From Azolla caroliniana (taxonomy: Eukaryota > Plantae > Polypodiophyta), in NCBI GenBank assembly GCA_043228905.1, contig JBHGNT010000001.1:8742001-8806000 (forward strand): a stretch of DNA of 64,000 nucleotides. Direction: 5' to 3'. The notes beneath the pieces are model-generated. The model did not search any database. It worked only from the letters and a program-made list of their open reading frames with translations, and was not told where the DNA came from. This document shows, in pieces, positions 24,830 through 37,085 of this stretch (within the stretch, counting starts at the first letter, position 1; the number at the start of each line of letters is the position of its first letter). The position numbers were made by a program, and so were the translations under genes.

Positions 24830-26968
24830 TAGGCGGTAGAGGAGTAGAAGATGAGGGGGTCGGACCTTGCAGAAGCCATGGCTTTGGCTGTAGACCGTAT
24901 AGTGAGTGCGCGCAAAGGCACCGGCGCCCTTGATAGGGCTATCGAGGCGGTTGTTGGTACGATCGGCCGGTTTAGTGGGAAGGATGCCACGAGCTACTTG
25001 GCATCCTACCGGGCTGAGATGGTAATGAGGGACATTCCAGAAGAGAGGCATCTAGCCGGATTCCCTCGAATGGCGATGCCGGGTATCCATACGGAGGTGC
25101 TCGAGGTACGGGCCGAGAGCCGGACCTGGGAGGAGTTCGAAGGTCGGTTCCTCGAAAGATACGGGCTTGAAGATGCGCTTCGACTTTCGAAGCGGGACTT
25201 CATGGAGTGGGTGGAGACCCCCAACAAAGGAAGGAACGCGTCAGTGCTCTTTCGGGAGTTTGAGGAACGCTTCGCGTGCCTCTCAGTGCTTGACCGGACC
25301 GTTCTGGACACAAGCCGTGTCCTATTGTTTGTTAAGTCGGTTGACGAGCGGGATCGGGAGCTGGTAGGCCTCCTATCGGAGACTGATGACGGGCTGAAGG
25401 CCGACTGGGCTGTGGTGAAAAGGGTCTGTGGCCATTTCGACAAACGGCGGGAATGGGTTGACAAAGGATCGACAAGGGCGGGCTCTGTTGCAGCAAAGAA
25501 GCTCGAGCCAACACCACCAACACGAAGGGAAGAGACCCGAGATTGGCTCGAGACCGGGTTGGCTTCAACCGGCATGGTCAAGGGCTCATCCGGGGGAGCA
25601 ACTCTAGAGGAGCTGACGCGGATGGTAAAGGATCTCCAGATCGCCCAGGCACGGAGGGATGGTGGCGAACAAGCCCGTGACCTACGACCTCTGGCTGAAA
25701 ACAGGTGCATATGGTGTGACGTGGTTGGGCACATCCGGAAGGACTGCGGGGACTTCGCCGAGGCGATGAGAAGCAACGTGGTGTACCTGTGGAACGGTCG
25801 GGTGCACGCCAGCGAGACCCGAAGGGCCCTGAACCTGAACGTCGGGCGAGGGGGTATGAAAAGGCTGATGGAGGAGGCGGCGGCTCGTCACGCGGAGACC
25901 GTCCACTACTCAGCGTCGGCTGGTATTCGGGTCGGAGGTGGCGAGGCCCCGAAGACGAACAAAGCCGGGTTCTGGCCGACGATGCTGGAAGGCCTCGCCG
26001 GCGCACGGCTGAGGAAAGAAGATGTGGACCGCGCAGAAAAACGGGTCCGGGAGGAAACCGGGTAGAGTGACCCGGTGGAAGAAAAGACGGGCTTCGTCGA
26101 AGCCGGTTGTCAAAACTACGAGGCTCTGGTGGAGGGCAAGCGGGTAGGGAAAACCGGAGGGGCCGGGCCCTCGCAACGATATGAAACTCGATTCGGGCAA
26201 AGACGGAATGAGGCCGTTGTAACCGGCGCCCAGGATAATCCCAAGAAGGGCGGGTACCGGCTAGGCAAAGAAATCGAAAGATCCACGGACCTGCGAAGAG
26301 GTCCTGGAAGAACGAATCCTCGAAAACAAGGTGGAGCTATTGCTGAGGGAAGTGCTCGGGATCGCTAAGAAGGAGTTCCACGACTCCATCGTAGACTTGG
26401 TGAAGAGGAAGAGGCTGTCGACAGAGACAGAACCGGAGAAGCCGGTGGAGGTGCTAACGACGCACATAGAGGACATGGCGCTGGAAGACGAGTTGGCGGA
26501 GAGCCACTATTCGAGGCCGCACTAGGCCAGAGCGACCACGGAGACCCTCGTGAAGATCGGAGATGTTCATGAACCGGTGGTGGCGTTGGTGGACCATGGT
26601 TCCGAAATCAATTTGATGTCCATGGACTTCTATAAGAAGGGAAAATGGCCGATCAACACTAAGCACGGGTAGAAAATACAGGCGGCGATGCGTGCCACCG
26701 AAGAACTGCATGGAGCCTGCCCGAACGTACGAGTAAAGATCGGCGATGTCGAGATTGACCAACACTTGTTCGTGGAGGAGACGTCCTCACATCCGGGTAT
26801 ACTAGGAGAACCGTACATCACGACATCACGGATGGAGACCAAGGTGCTGGACAACGGCTCGGCCTATGCAAGGGTCAAGAGCCAGGATGGGCGTCACTCG
26901 GTCCAGTTCTTGACGGTGAGACCGAACCATGAGAGGAACCGCGAGACCCTTGGGGGCGAAAACCGGGA

Positions 26969-27034
26969 GGATTTTTGAAGAGGGCTATCAAGGCGTGGTG
27001 CCGCGATAGTCCGGACACTCCGGGAAAACCCCAC
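26969..27034 (+). promoter_or_regulatory. Candidate -1 ribosomal frameshift signal (G_GAT_TTT + stop + stem/pseudoknot)
   Basis: Heptamer 26969-26975, 6-nt spacer, stem GGGCTATC (26982-26989)/GATAGTCC (27005-27012); pol lies in the -1 frame; conserved at 37091-37026 on the minus strand. Confidence 0.75.
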
Positions 27035-28497
27035 AAGTGTATGATAGCGAAGAAAACCTCTGCTATAAGTATGGAATTTTGGTTCTCCGACAACGGAGGG
27101 TGTACGATAGTCGACGTTGTAGGCCAGAAGAAGAGAAGGGCGGAGGAGCGACTTCGGGCATGTGGCGTCCTCGACCTCGGAGAGGAAATCAACGGAGCCG
27201 TGGAGGCGGTCTCTTTCGACGATACCTTGGGGGAGCTGCGGGAGGTAGTCGGAGGAGTCCTTAAAGAGGACCAGACGATTCCGGTATGTTCGGAAGAGAT
27301 GTACGAAAGCATCGCGGACTTCAGTAGAGGGCTCGAGTCGGATCGGACGGCCCGGGTGGACACGAAGTACAAGACTGTGAACTGGAAGGTGAGGCCAGTC
27401 GCGGCTCCCTTACCGGAGGGCAACGAGTTGCGAATAAAGGGGGTTGCGTCGGACCCGAGTTTACGAAATCCGGCCCGCATAAGACACACGTTCACCGACA
27501 TAACGTTGCGCGAGCTCAAAATCGGTGGGGGCGGCTTCCTACTGCTGGCGGAAGAGGACCGTTTTCGGTGAATGCTCGGAAGGCATGGGACGGCTTTTCC
27601 ATTCTCACCAGAGGAGATCGGGTGTGTAGACCCGACAGTCGTGGAACCGATGGTGATATTCATGGTACCGCACGTGCCATGGAGTCTCAAACCGATTCCA
27701 GTACCCAGAGCTCACATCCCGAAGCTGATGGAGTTGTTAAAGGAGAAGGTCGAGATGGGAATCCTCGAACCGTCGAGTGCCCCATGCTCGAATCGGTGGT
27801 TTACCGTGCCGAAGAAGGACAGCACGCTGCGCTTTATTCAAGACCTGCAACCGGTCAACAAGGTGACCATTCGAAACGCAGGAATTGGACCGACAATAGA
27901 CGAGTTCGCGGAGGCCTTCGCCGGAAGGTCGATTTACTCGGTCGGTGATCTCTACTCGGGGTATGATCAGTTCCAGCTTGCCGTAGAGAGCAGAGACATC
28001 ACGACAATGCGAACTCCTCTCGGCCTAGTACGGATGTGTACCCTGTCGCAAGGAGGGACGAACTCGGTGGCTCACATGGTGAACACAATGAACAAACTGC
28101 TGAGGGATTGTATCCCGGACATCACCATGCCGTTTTTGGACGACGTCCCAATCAAGGGATGCCCGGTGGAGGAAAGGGACGAGACGATCAGACCGGACGG
28201 ATGCCGGAAATTCGTGGCGACGCACATCGATGACTGCGAGAAGGTGCTGCAGAGGTTGGAGGGAGCGAGGCTCACCTTCTCCGGGGGAAAATCGGCCTTC
28301 GGGCAATCAGAGATCATGGTCATCGGAGACCTATGCGGGCCGTACAGCCGGAAACCGTCTCCAGTTAAGGTAGAAGCCATTTTCGCGATGAAGAACGACT
28401 GTAGCTCGGTCACGGAGGTTCGGAGGTTCTTGGGAGCGTGCGCGTTCTACCACATATGGATCCTGCATTACGCTCACGTCGCGGAGCCGTTATACGG

Positions 28498-30146
28498 TGT
28501 CGAGGTATTCCTCGCGGGTGCGTGGAATGAGGCGGGACCTCGGGGGTCCTGTACCGAAGAGTAAGAGAGAAAGAGAAGAGACCCACTACGTGCGAGCGTA
28601 GATTCACAGGGACACGGCCCTTCGACGCAAAGACGCGAATGGGACAGCGACACAGAAAGACACGAAAGTATGTATGTATTGACAAGACAAACAACAAGAA
28701 CACGAAGACAACAAACACGAAGTCGGTTACAACCGAACAGGCCGGCGAACAGATGCCGATACCTGCTCGTAAACGCACAGAGGGGAAAGAGTAGGTTGGA
28801 GGTGCTGCCGGAAGCACTCGAGCATTCCTCAGAGCAGCGCGAGCCTCCCGAAACCTGCACAGCAGGAAGCTATGGCGCTTGCAACCGGAAAGAGAGAGAG
28901 AGAGAGAGAAGCCTTCGCACGCAAACCGACAACACTTCGTCCTCGACTCCCCGCGATCCCTCTACCCTCCTCGTCTCCCTCCCTTTATAGGCAAGGAAGG
29001 AGCCGTTTCCCCTTTACTCCCTACCTACCGAATCTACCTAGGATCTCCTATGTACAACTTAAGGCGCACGTGCATGAAGAGTCGGTTCCTACGCTCCGGT
29101 GCACCGATTCTGCTCGTGGACGGTTTTCTTCACGACATCCGCCCCCACCTAACCGCGCATCCACCGGCATGCGTCAATTGTGTTAGGACGGAGAAAACCG
29201 GTCTAGCCTTGATTCCCCGCCCGTCGGTTCTTCCTCGGTTTCGTATCGTTCATTGTCCCGGTCCAGGTCAACCGGATCCGGCTCGTCGTCGTGACGCTTC
29301 TTGAACGTCTTGATCCGCTTCCCAGCTACCGGTATCGCCATTCTCGTACCGTCGAGTTCCGCCAGATGGTACGTCCCGTTGTCGTTGGCGCTTTGTACCA
29401 CGTAAGGCCCGAACCATCTTCTTGCGAACTTCCGTGTCGCTCGGTGCTGGTTGTCGAGGCTGCTGTCGTAGACTAGCACCTAGTCGCCTTCCTCGATCTT
29501 CTTTGGTCGGAGCCGGTGCGTCCGGTCGAACCGGGCTTTGTTCCTCGTCCTGGCCACCCGAAGCTTTTCCGCAGCCTGCTCCACGTCCTCCGGTCTCCGC
29601 TCGAGCTGTCGTATGCGCGCCGTCAACAGTTCCTCCCGGCTCATCTCGTCTCTCTAGTCCACGGTTGCCCATGAGGAGACCGTACGTTCGATCGGCATGA
29701 TCGGCTTCTGCCCAAACATGAGCTCTGCCGGCATGAATCCGGTTACCGAACTGTGCGTAGTCCGGTCAGCCCACAACGCGTAAGGCAGTAGCCGCGGCCA
29801 GTTCCCGACTTGACCTCCGCATGCCCGAACTAACGCCTTGACGATCGGTCCGTGTCCGCGCTCCACCTTCCCATTTGCCTCTGGATTGTACGCAGTGGTA
29901 AGCGAGAGCTTGACCCCTAACCGGTCGAACAGCTCCTCGGCCTCCTCGGCGTCCAACTCCCCGCGATCAGCCATGATCTTCCCGACGCACCCGTACCGGC
30001 ATATCACGTCCTCGAGCAGGAACCGACATACGGCCACAGTCGTTTTGTTCTGAAGGGCCCGGCCTTCCACCTGGTTCGTTAGATCTTCCCGAGCCAGGAC
30101 CAGATACCGCATCTGTCCTACTCCTATCGGCATCGTTACCAGGTCG
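28498..30146 (-). mobile_element. Family-G copy G3, 3' part: 3' LTR 28498-29137, PPT, integrase core and C-terminus
   Basis: LTR ends CTTCACGACA; PPT complement TCCGCCCCCACCTAA; DLVTMP, ADRGE, NGKVERGH, RWFGPY. Confidence 0.9.
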
Positions 30147-33100
30147 TCACGTACGCCGTCATCGTCGGTCAATCGTTGTCGCCCATCCGCCGTATGCATG
30201 CTTGTGTCTCGACCCTCCACCGGCCGTATTGCATGCGTCTCGTGTCGCACTTCCGCCATAGACTCGACCTCCGCATCGGTCTCCAACTCCTCGCCGCCAC
30301 CCACCGTTTCCTCATTCTCCTTTCGATCCGCGACCGTCGATGCCTCACGGGTAGGTGTGGAGGGTTCTTCCCACTCTCGGTCCACCACCGAGTCCTCGCC
30401 TCTCAAAGGCTCAATCGGTCCACCGTTTCCGGTCACTCGTTGACGCTCTCTCGGATGCATGCTCGTTCTTGGGCCCTTCACCGACCGTAGTGCATGCTTC
30501 GTATTACGCCCTTCATTCGCCGTAGACCCGACCTCCGCGTCGGCCACTTCTTCCTTTGTCACCGTAGCCCGTTCCGACCCGAGCTCGCCATCTTGGACCC
30601 GCTCGTCCATCATCTCATACCGGATACCCGCTCCGATAACTTTGTCCGCTTCGGCCTCCAACTCCTCGCTGCCACCCACCGTCTCTCCGGTCTCACGTTG
30701 ATCCGCAACCGCCGAAGTCTCTAGAATGGGTGTGGAAGGTCCCTCTCACTCTCGGTCTTCTAGCAAGCCGTGATCACCGTGCCCACTAGGCCTCCTCAAT
30801 ACGCTCACCGGCTCTCGTCGCGTGTTGTGACCCGTCCTCCCCGATCTCCAATCATGCCGACTTAGCCTTCGCCCGGATCGGTCTCGGCCGATCGAGTTTC
30901 GGTTTGGTCGGCTCCCTTCCGTAATCGTAACCGGCCGGTACATGTTTGTCCGCGCAAATCCGGCCTTGCCGGTTCTTCTTCGGTTTGGGCCCGGTTGATC
31001 GGACCCCGCTTCACCCTTCTTCCGCTCCGCCTCCCGGTCGGGTCGGATTACCGACCGGCTCATCTTTCGGTCGGGTCGGTTCCTGACTCGCTCCTTGATG
31101 CTGCTCTGAACCTCTCCTTCGGCCTTTTCGCACGTGCCCACTCTGGGCCTCTCATCCTCACAGCCACCGCCCATCTCTCCGGTCTTATGTCCGTGCTCGG
31201 GCGGTCGAGGGATCTCGCCTCCGTCCGCTACAAACCTTCTCTTCGTCGTCTCGGTTGCCCACCTTGCCGCCGCCACCGTCCGTCTCTCTAGGTCTCACAC
31301 CGGCTCTCGGGCCGGTTGCCGGAGTCTCTAGGACCGGTGTGTGGAAGGTCACGGAACCGCCGCTCGTCTCCTCTTCTTCCTCGATTTCGCAAGCCTCGAG
31401 TATGCTCGCGAAATCCTCGTAGAACGTTTCGGGCAACCGCGTCCCAAAACTTTCGCCCACTCTCGAAGCGGCGTCCATTGCTCCGTAGATATCGGCCTTA
31501 TCCATGGCTGTCCTCTTTCCACAAGTCGAGAGGGTCGCTCGCTCCGCACCCTCTCCCACATCGTTGCCGTGGTCGCCCGCCTTGCCGCCGCCACCGTTCG
31601 TTACCCTAGGTCTCACGCGGGCACTCGGGCCGGCCGCCGGGGTCTCTTGAACCGGTGCGTGTAAGGTAGCAACGCCGCCGCTCGTCGATGCTATGCCCGT
31701 AGCCACCTCCATTCGGACATCGTCATCCGTGGCTAACACGCCTCCGTATATGCAAGCATCAATTATGCTTGCCGCCTCCTCTTCCACGGTCTCCTTACCG
31801 TTGTCTCGGTTGCCCGCCTTGCCGCCGTCACCGTCCGTCACTCTAGGTCTCACACCGGCTCTCGTGCCGGATGCCGGAGTCTCTAGGACCAGTGTGTGGA
31901 AGGTCGCGGCACCGCCGCTTGTCTCCTCCTCACTCGATGTTTCGGGCCTCCATGCCCGAACTCCCTCATTTCCGTTCGAACCGGCGATCGCCGCCTCACC
32001 ATCCCCGACCTCGTCCTCGGTCGATCTTTCTCCGCATGTCGAGAGGGTGGCTCGCTCCGCACCCTCTCCTGTGGTACCGATGTACCATTCTCTTTCGGCC
32101 TCCTCATCCTCCGATCCGCTCAGCCCCGACTCCGCAATAAGCCCTTCTTCGGTTTCGATTTGTGCCTCTACAATCTCGTACGCTTCCCGCACAAAGGCTT
32201 CAATGTCGAGCTCCTCCGAACCGATTTGCGTTGAGGCTCTTCCGGCGGTAGTGCGTAGTCGGTCGCCGCTCTCTCTTCTCCGCCGCTCGCGGGCCGCGTT
32301 GTGGCCGAGCACCTCTCATCGCATTGTATGCACGCCCATTCCACCTCGTTCCAATCTTCGGTGAGGCCGTACGCCCCTTCATTGTCTTCGAGGTAGGGAA
32401 AAATGGCCATTCTCCCTCATTCGTTGACCGACTTCAAGAATAGTGGGACCTTGTCCGCCCCCACCGATTCTTGATCCCGGACCGAAAGTTGGGAAAACCG
32501 GAGATCGAACTCCCGGAATGCCTTCATTGCGCTTCGAGGAGCCTTTGCCGACGACACCCATAGATCGAAGTCGCGTCGATCGTACTTGTACGCCTCTTCC
32601 CGTCCTTCTCTCCTTCTTGCGAAATCCCTTGCCATTCTCGTAATTACTTCCGCGATGTCTTCGGCTTCCATCTCCTTCCTCCCTTGCCGCCTCTTCACGT
32701 CGGGTTCACCAAATATGTCGCGTTGTTACGCGCGTGCGTGGAGAACAAGGCGGGACCACCGGGGTCTTGGACCGAGGAATAGGTGAGGAAAAGAGAGAGA
32801 GAGAGAGAGAGAGAGAGACGCTCACTCACGTATAGACAAAGAAGCGCACGGGGACGCGTCACAACAACACAGGAGTTGCGAGTTGAGAACACTAGAGTGT
32901 GTATGTAAATATAGGCATGTATTTGTATGTATGCAGACGACTCGAACGTTTACAGCCGACCAGGTCGGCGAGGTGGGTGCCGACGCCTGATCACCCACGC
33001 ACACAGGAGAGCAAGATGAAGATTCTGCCGGAAGCACACAAGCGTTCCACGGAGCAGAATTAGCCTCTCGAGAACCTGCGCAAAAGAAAGCTATGGAGAA

Positions 33101-33412
33101 CGACAGAGAAGAAGAGCTCGGTCCCAGTCCGACAGCACTTCGTTACTTCTAGCGCGCGATCCCCTTCTCTCCCCGGTCTCCCTCTCTTTTATAGCTCAAG
33201 GAGGGACGCCGTTTCACTCGTTTACATCACATTAAATCTCTGTCCTTTCGGAGACAGAGATACTCCTTGATTTCCCTTACAGAATATTGCTACTTGGGAT
33301 TTAACCTTTGTGCCTACCTATCTACTATACGACAAGGGACGTGCCCACGTGTAAGGGTCGGTTCACACACACTATACACGGTTTGCGCCTGGGGACGGTT
33401 TTCTTCACGACA
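30147..33412 (-). mobile_element. Non-autonomous family-G derivative G4, 5' part: 5' LTR 32716-33412, PBS, divergent gag, acidic repeat region
   Basis: PBS 32694-32711 TGGTGAACCCGACGTGAA; GADKVPLFLKSV...GLTEDW; repeated FHTPVLETPA...VRPR.TDGGGGK module shared with 6814-10055. Confidence 0.85.
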
Positions 33413-33658
33413 TCATTTCACCCGTTTACATCACATTAATTCTCTCTATAGAATATTGCTGCCTAGGATTCGACTTTTGTGCCTACCTATCTACTATACA
33501 ACAAAGGGGCGTGCCCACGTGTAAGGGCCGGTTCACACACGCTATACACAGTTTGTGCTTGGGGACGGTTTTCTTCACGACATCCGCCCCCACCTAACCG
33601 CGCATCTACCGGTATGCGCCAAAATTGGGTTCCTACTGGAGATAACCGGCCCTTGCTT

Positions 33659-36600
33659 TTATTCCTCGTTTACCGGTTCGTCCTCTGCCTCGGGCTGCTT
33701 GTCGTTGCTGTCCATGCCCCCTAGCTCCGGCTCACCGTCGTGCCGTTTCTTGAACGCTTTGATCCTCTTCCCCGCTACCGGTATCGCCATTCTCATACCG
33801 TCGAGCTCCGCGAGATGGTACGTCCCATTGTTGTTGGCGCCCGTTACTACATAAGGCCCGAACCACCTCCTCGCAAACTTCCGCGTGGCCTTGTGCTGAT
33901 TGTCGAGGCTGTTGTCGTAGACTAGCACCCAGTCGCCTTCCTCGATCTTCCTTGGCCTGAGCCGGTGTATTCGGTCGAACCGAGCTTTGTACCTTATCCT
34001 CGCTACCCGAAGTTTCTTCGCGGCTCGCTCTACGTCCTCCGGCCTCCGCTCGAGCTGTCGAATCCACGCCGCCAACAGTTCCTCCCGGCTCATCTCATCC
34101 CTCCAGTCCACCATGGCCCACGAGGAGATCGTTCGCTCTGTTGGCATGATCGGCTTATGTCCGAACATAAGCTCAGTCGGCATGAACCCGGTTACCGAAC
34201 TGTGCGTAGTCCGGTCCGCCCACAAGGCATAAGGTAGCAGCCGTGGCCAGTTCCCGACTTGGCCTCCGCACACCCGTACTAGCACTTTGACAATCGACCC
34301 GTGTCCACGCTCTATCTTCCCGTTCGCCTCCGGATTGTACGCTGTGGTGAGCGAAAGTTTGACTCCTAGCCGGTCGAACAGCTCTTCGACCTCTTCTGCG
34401 TCCAACTCACCACGGTCAGCCACGATCTTCCCTACGCACCCGTATCGACATACTACGTCCTCAATCAAAAACCGGCACACGGTTGCAGTTGTCTTTTTCT
34501 GCAAGGCTCGGCCTTCAACCTGGTTTGTTAAATCCTCCTGAGCCAGCACCAGATACCGCATCTGTCCTACCCCCATTGGCATCGTCACCAAATCCACCAT
34601 CCACTTGAAGTGGATGGTCGGAGGGTAGGTCGGGTGAAGCTCGTCCCGATGTTGGATCATGCAGTGCACCTGGCAGCTTTCGCAAGTCGTCACAAACCGA
34701 TGCATGTCCCGGTATAGTCCCGGCCACCAGTACTTCCTCTTTAGCTTTTCGAACGTGGCCCACGTTCCACGGTGTCCAGCCCAAGGACTATTGTGGAACG
34801 CCGCCAGCAAATCCTCTTGTTCCTCCTTCTTCGCCACCACTCGGAGCGGGATGTCGTTCCTCTTCTTCGGGTGCTTCCATATGTACCCGTCCCGGAGAGA
34901 GAATCGGTACGCTTTCTTCCGAATCCGGTTGGCCTCATCCTTTGTCCATGCCGCGTCCGGTGTCATTGTTTTCAGGAACCCGCCAATCTGCAGCCACTCC
35001 CCGTTGTACTTGCTCTCGTCGAAATCGTTAAGCGTTGGAGTGCATTCCCTGCCGGTTGTTACGTAAGCCGCCTCGAAGAAGTCCACGCCGACTTCCTCGT
35101 CCTCCGAAACCATGCCACCCTCGTTTTCGAACCTCGTTCTTGAAAGCATGTCGCCCATGGCATTGTCTTTCCTGGAAATGTGTCGTACTTCCGGATTTAG
35201 GGACTTGATGTACACTATCCACCTGAGCATTGCCAGGTCCGGCGTCACGCATCCGGAAACCATGCCAAGAATTGGCAGGCAGTCCGTCTCGATAATTACC
35301 TCTGTCCCGATCAGGTATTCTTTATCGGCCTTTACCGCCGAAACGATACCCCAGAGCTCGCGTTTAACCTGGGCGTATCCTCGTTGTCGCTCGCTGAGGA
35401 CCTTCGCGCCGAACCGGATCAGGAAACGCATGCCGTCCCGGTCGGACTCGTGTCTACCGTTACGTAAATTGGAGTGTCCTTTCTGTAGACAGCCTTTCGG
35501 AGCGCCGGAGCTGCGGCAAGTGCTTCCTTCATCTTTTGGACAGACTCCGTATGCTCGTCTCTCCACTCGAATTTTCGACCCTTTTTCAGCAACCCGTATA
35601 ACGGCTCCGCGACGTGGGCGTAATGCGGGATCCATATGTGGTAGAACGCGCATGCTCCCAAGAACCTCCGAACCTCCATGACGGAGCTACAGTCGTGCTT
35701 CATCGCGGAGATGGTTTCTACCTTAGCCGGAGACGGTTCTCGGCCGTACGACCCGCATAGGTGTCCGACGACCATGATCTCTGATTGCCCGAAGGCCGAT
35801 TTTCCCCCGGAGAAGGTGAGCCTCGTGCCCTCTAACCTCTGTAGCACCTTCTCGCAGTCATCGATGTGCGTCACCACGAATTTCCGACACCCGTCCGGTC
35901 CGATCGTCTCGTCCATTTCCTCCACCGGGCATCCCTTGATCGGGACGTCGTCCAAAAACGGCATGGTGATGTCCGGGATACAATCCCTCAGCACCTTGTT
36001 CATTGCGTTCACCATGTGAGCCACCGAGTACGTCCCTCCTTGTGGTAGGGTACACATCCGTACTAGGCCGAGAGGAGTTCGCATTGTCGTGATGTCTCTG
36101 CTCTCTATGGCTAGCTGGAACTGATCGTACCCCGAGTAGAGATCACCGACCGAGTAAATCGACCTTCCGGCGAAGGCCTCTGCGAACTCATCTATTGTCG
36201 GTCCAATTCCTGCGTTTCGAAATGTCACCTTGTTGACCGGCTGCAGGTCTTGAATAAAGCGCCGCGTGCCGTCCTTCTTCGGCACAGTAAACCACCGATT
36301 CGAGTATGGGGCACTCGATGGTTCGAGGATGCCCATCTTGACCTTCTCCTTTAACAACTCCATCAGCTTCGGGATGTGAGCTCTGGGTACTGGAATCGGT
36401 TTGAGACTCCACAGCACATGCGGTATCGTGAATATCACCATCGGTTCTACGACTGTCGGGTCTACGCACCCGATCTCCTCCGGTGAGAATGCGAAATCCT
36501 TCCCGTGCCTTCCGAGCATTCCCCGAAACCGGTCCTCTTCCGCCAACAGTAGGAAGCCGCCCCCACCGATTTTGAGCTCACGTAGCGTTATGTCGGTGAA

Positions 36601-37085
36601 CGTGTGTCTTATACGGGCCGGATTTCGTAAACTCGGGTCCGACGCAACCCCCTTTATTCGCAACTCGCTGCCCTCCGGCAAGGGAGCCGCGACTGGCCTC
36701 ACCTTCCGGTCCACAGTCCTGTACCTCGTGTCCACCCGGGCCGTCCGATCCAACTCGATCCCTCTACTGAAGTCCGCGATGACTTCGTACATCCTTTCCG
36801 AACATACCGGAATCGTCCAGTCCTCTTTAAGGACTCCTCCGACTACCTCTCGCAGCTCCCCCAAGGTATCGTCGAAAGAGACCGCCTCCACGGCTCCGTT
36901 GATTTCCTCTCCAGGGCCGAGGATACCACATGCCCGAAGTCGCTCCTCCGCCCTTTTCTTCTTCCGGCCAACAACGTCGACTATCGTACACCCTCCGTAT
37001 AGGTCTTCTTCGCTATCGTACACTTGTGGGGTTTTCCCGGAGTGTCCGGACTATCGCGGCCCCACGCCTTGATAGCCCTCTCTAA
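33659..37085 (-). pseudogene. Family-G pol (RT-RH-INT) of G1, frameshifted; no chromodomain
   Basis: LPQGGTYSV, FLDDVPIKG, YVTVDTSPTG, YAQVKRELWG, AGHRG...CESCQ, VDLVTMP, ADRGE. Confidence 0.92.

Larger units (their letters stand above)
24116..28497 (+). mobile_element. Family-G copy G2: 5' LTR 24116-24807, PBS, gag-PR 24851-26978, pol 26975-28497 (3' part missing)
   Basis: TGTCGTGAAG...CGTGACA; gag MRGSDLAEAM, CIWCDVVGHIRKDC, PR ALVDHGSEIN, RT DLYSGYDQ/FLDDVPIKG. Confidence 0.94.

Noticed and set aside
26063-26065. True gag stop before the protease (also 38237-38239)
   Set aside because: Each stop is a sense codon (TGG or CGA) in the other copy
31185-32312. env-like or host gene
   Set aside because: No signal peptide or transmembrane segment; acidic repeat ORF directly downstream of the divergent gag
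32694-32711. tRNA gene
   Set aside because: Only 18 nt including CCA next to an LTR: a PBS, with no cloverleaf
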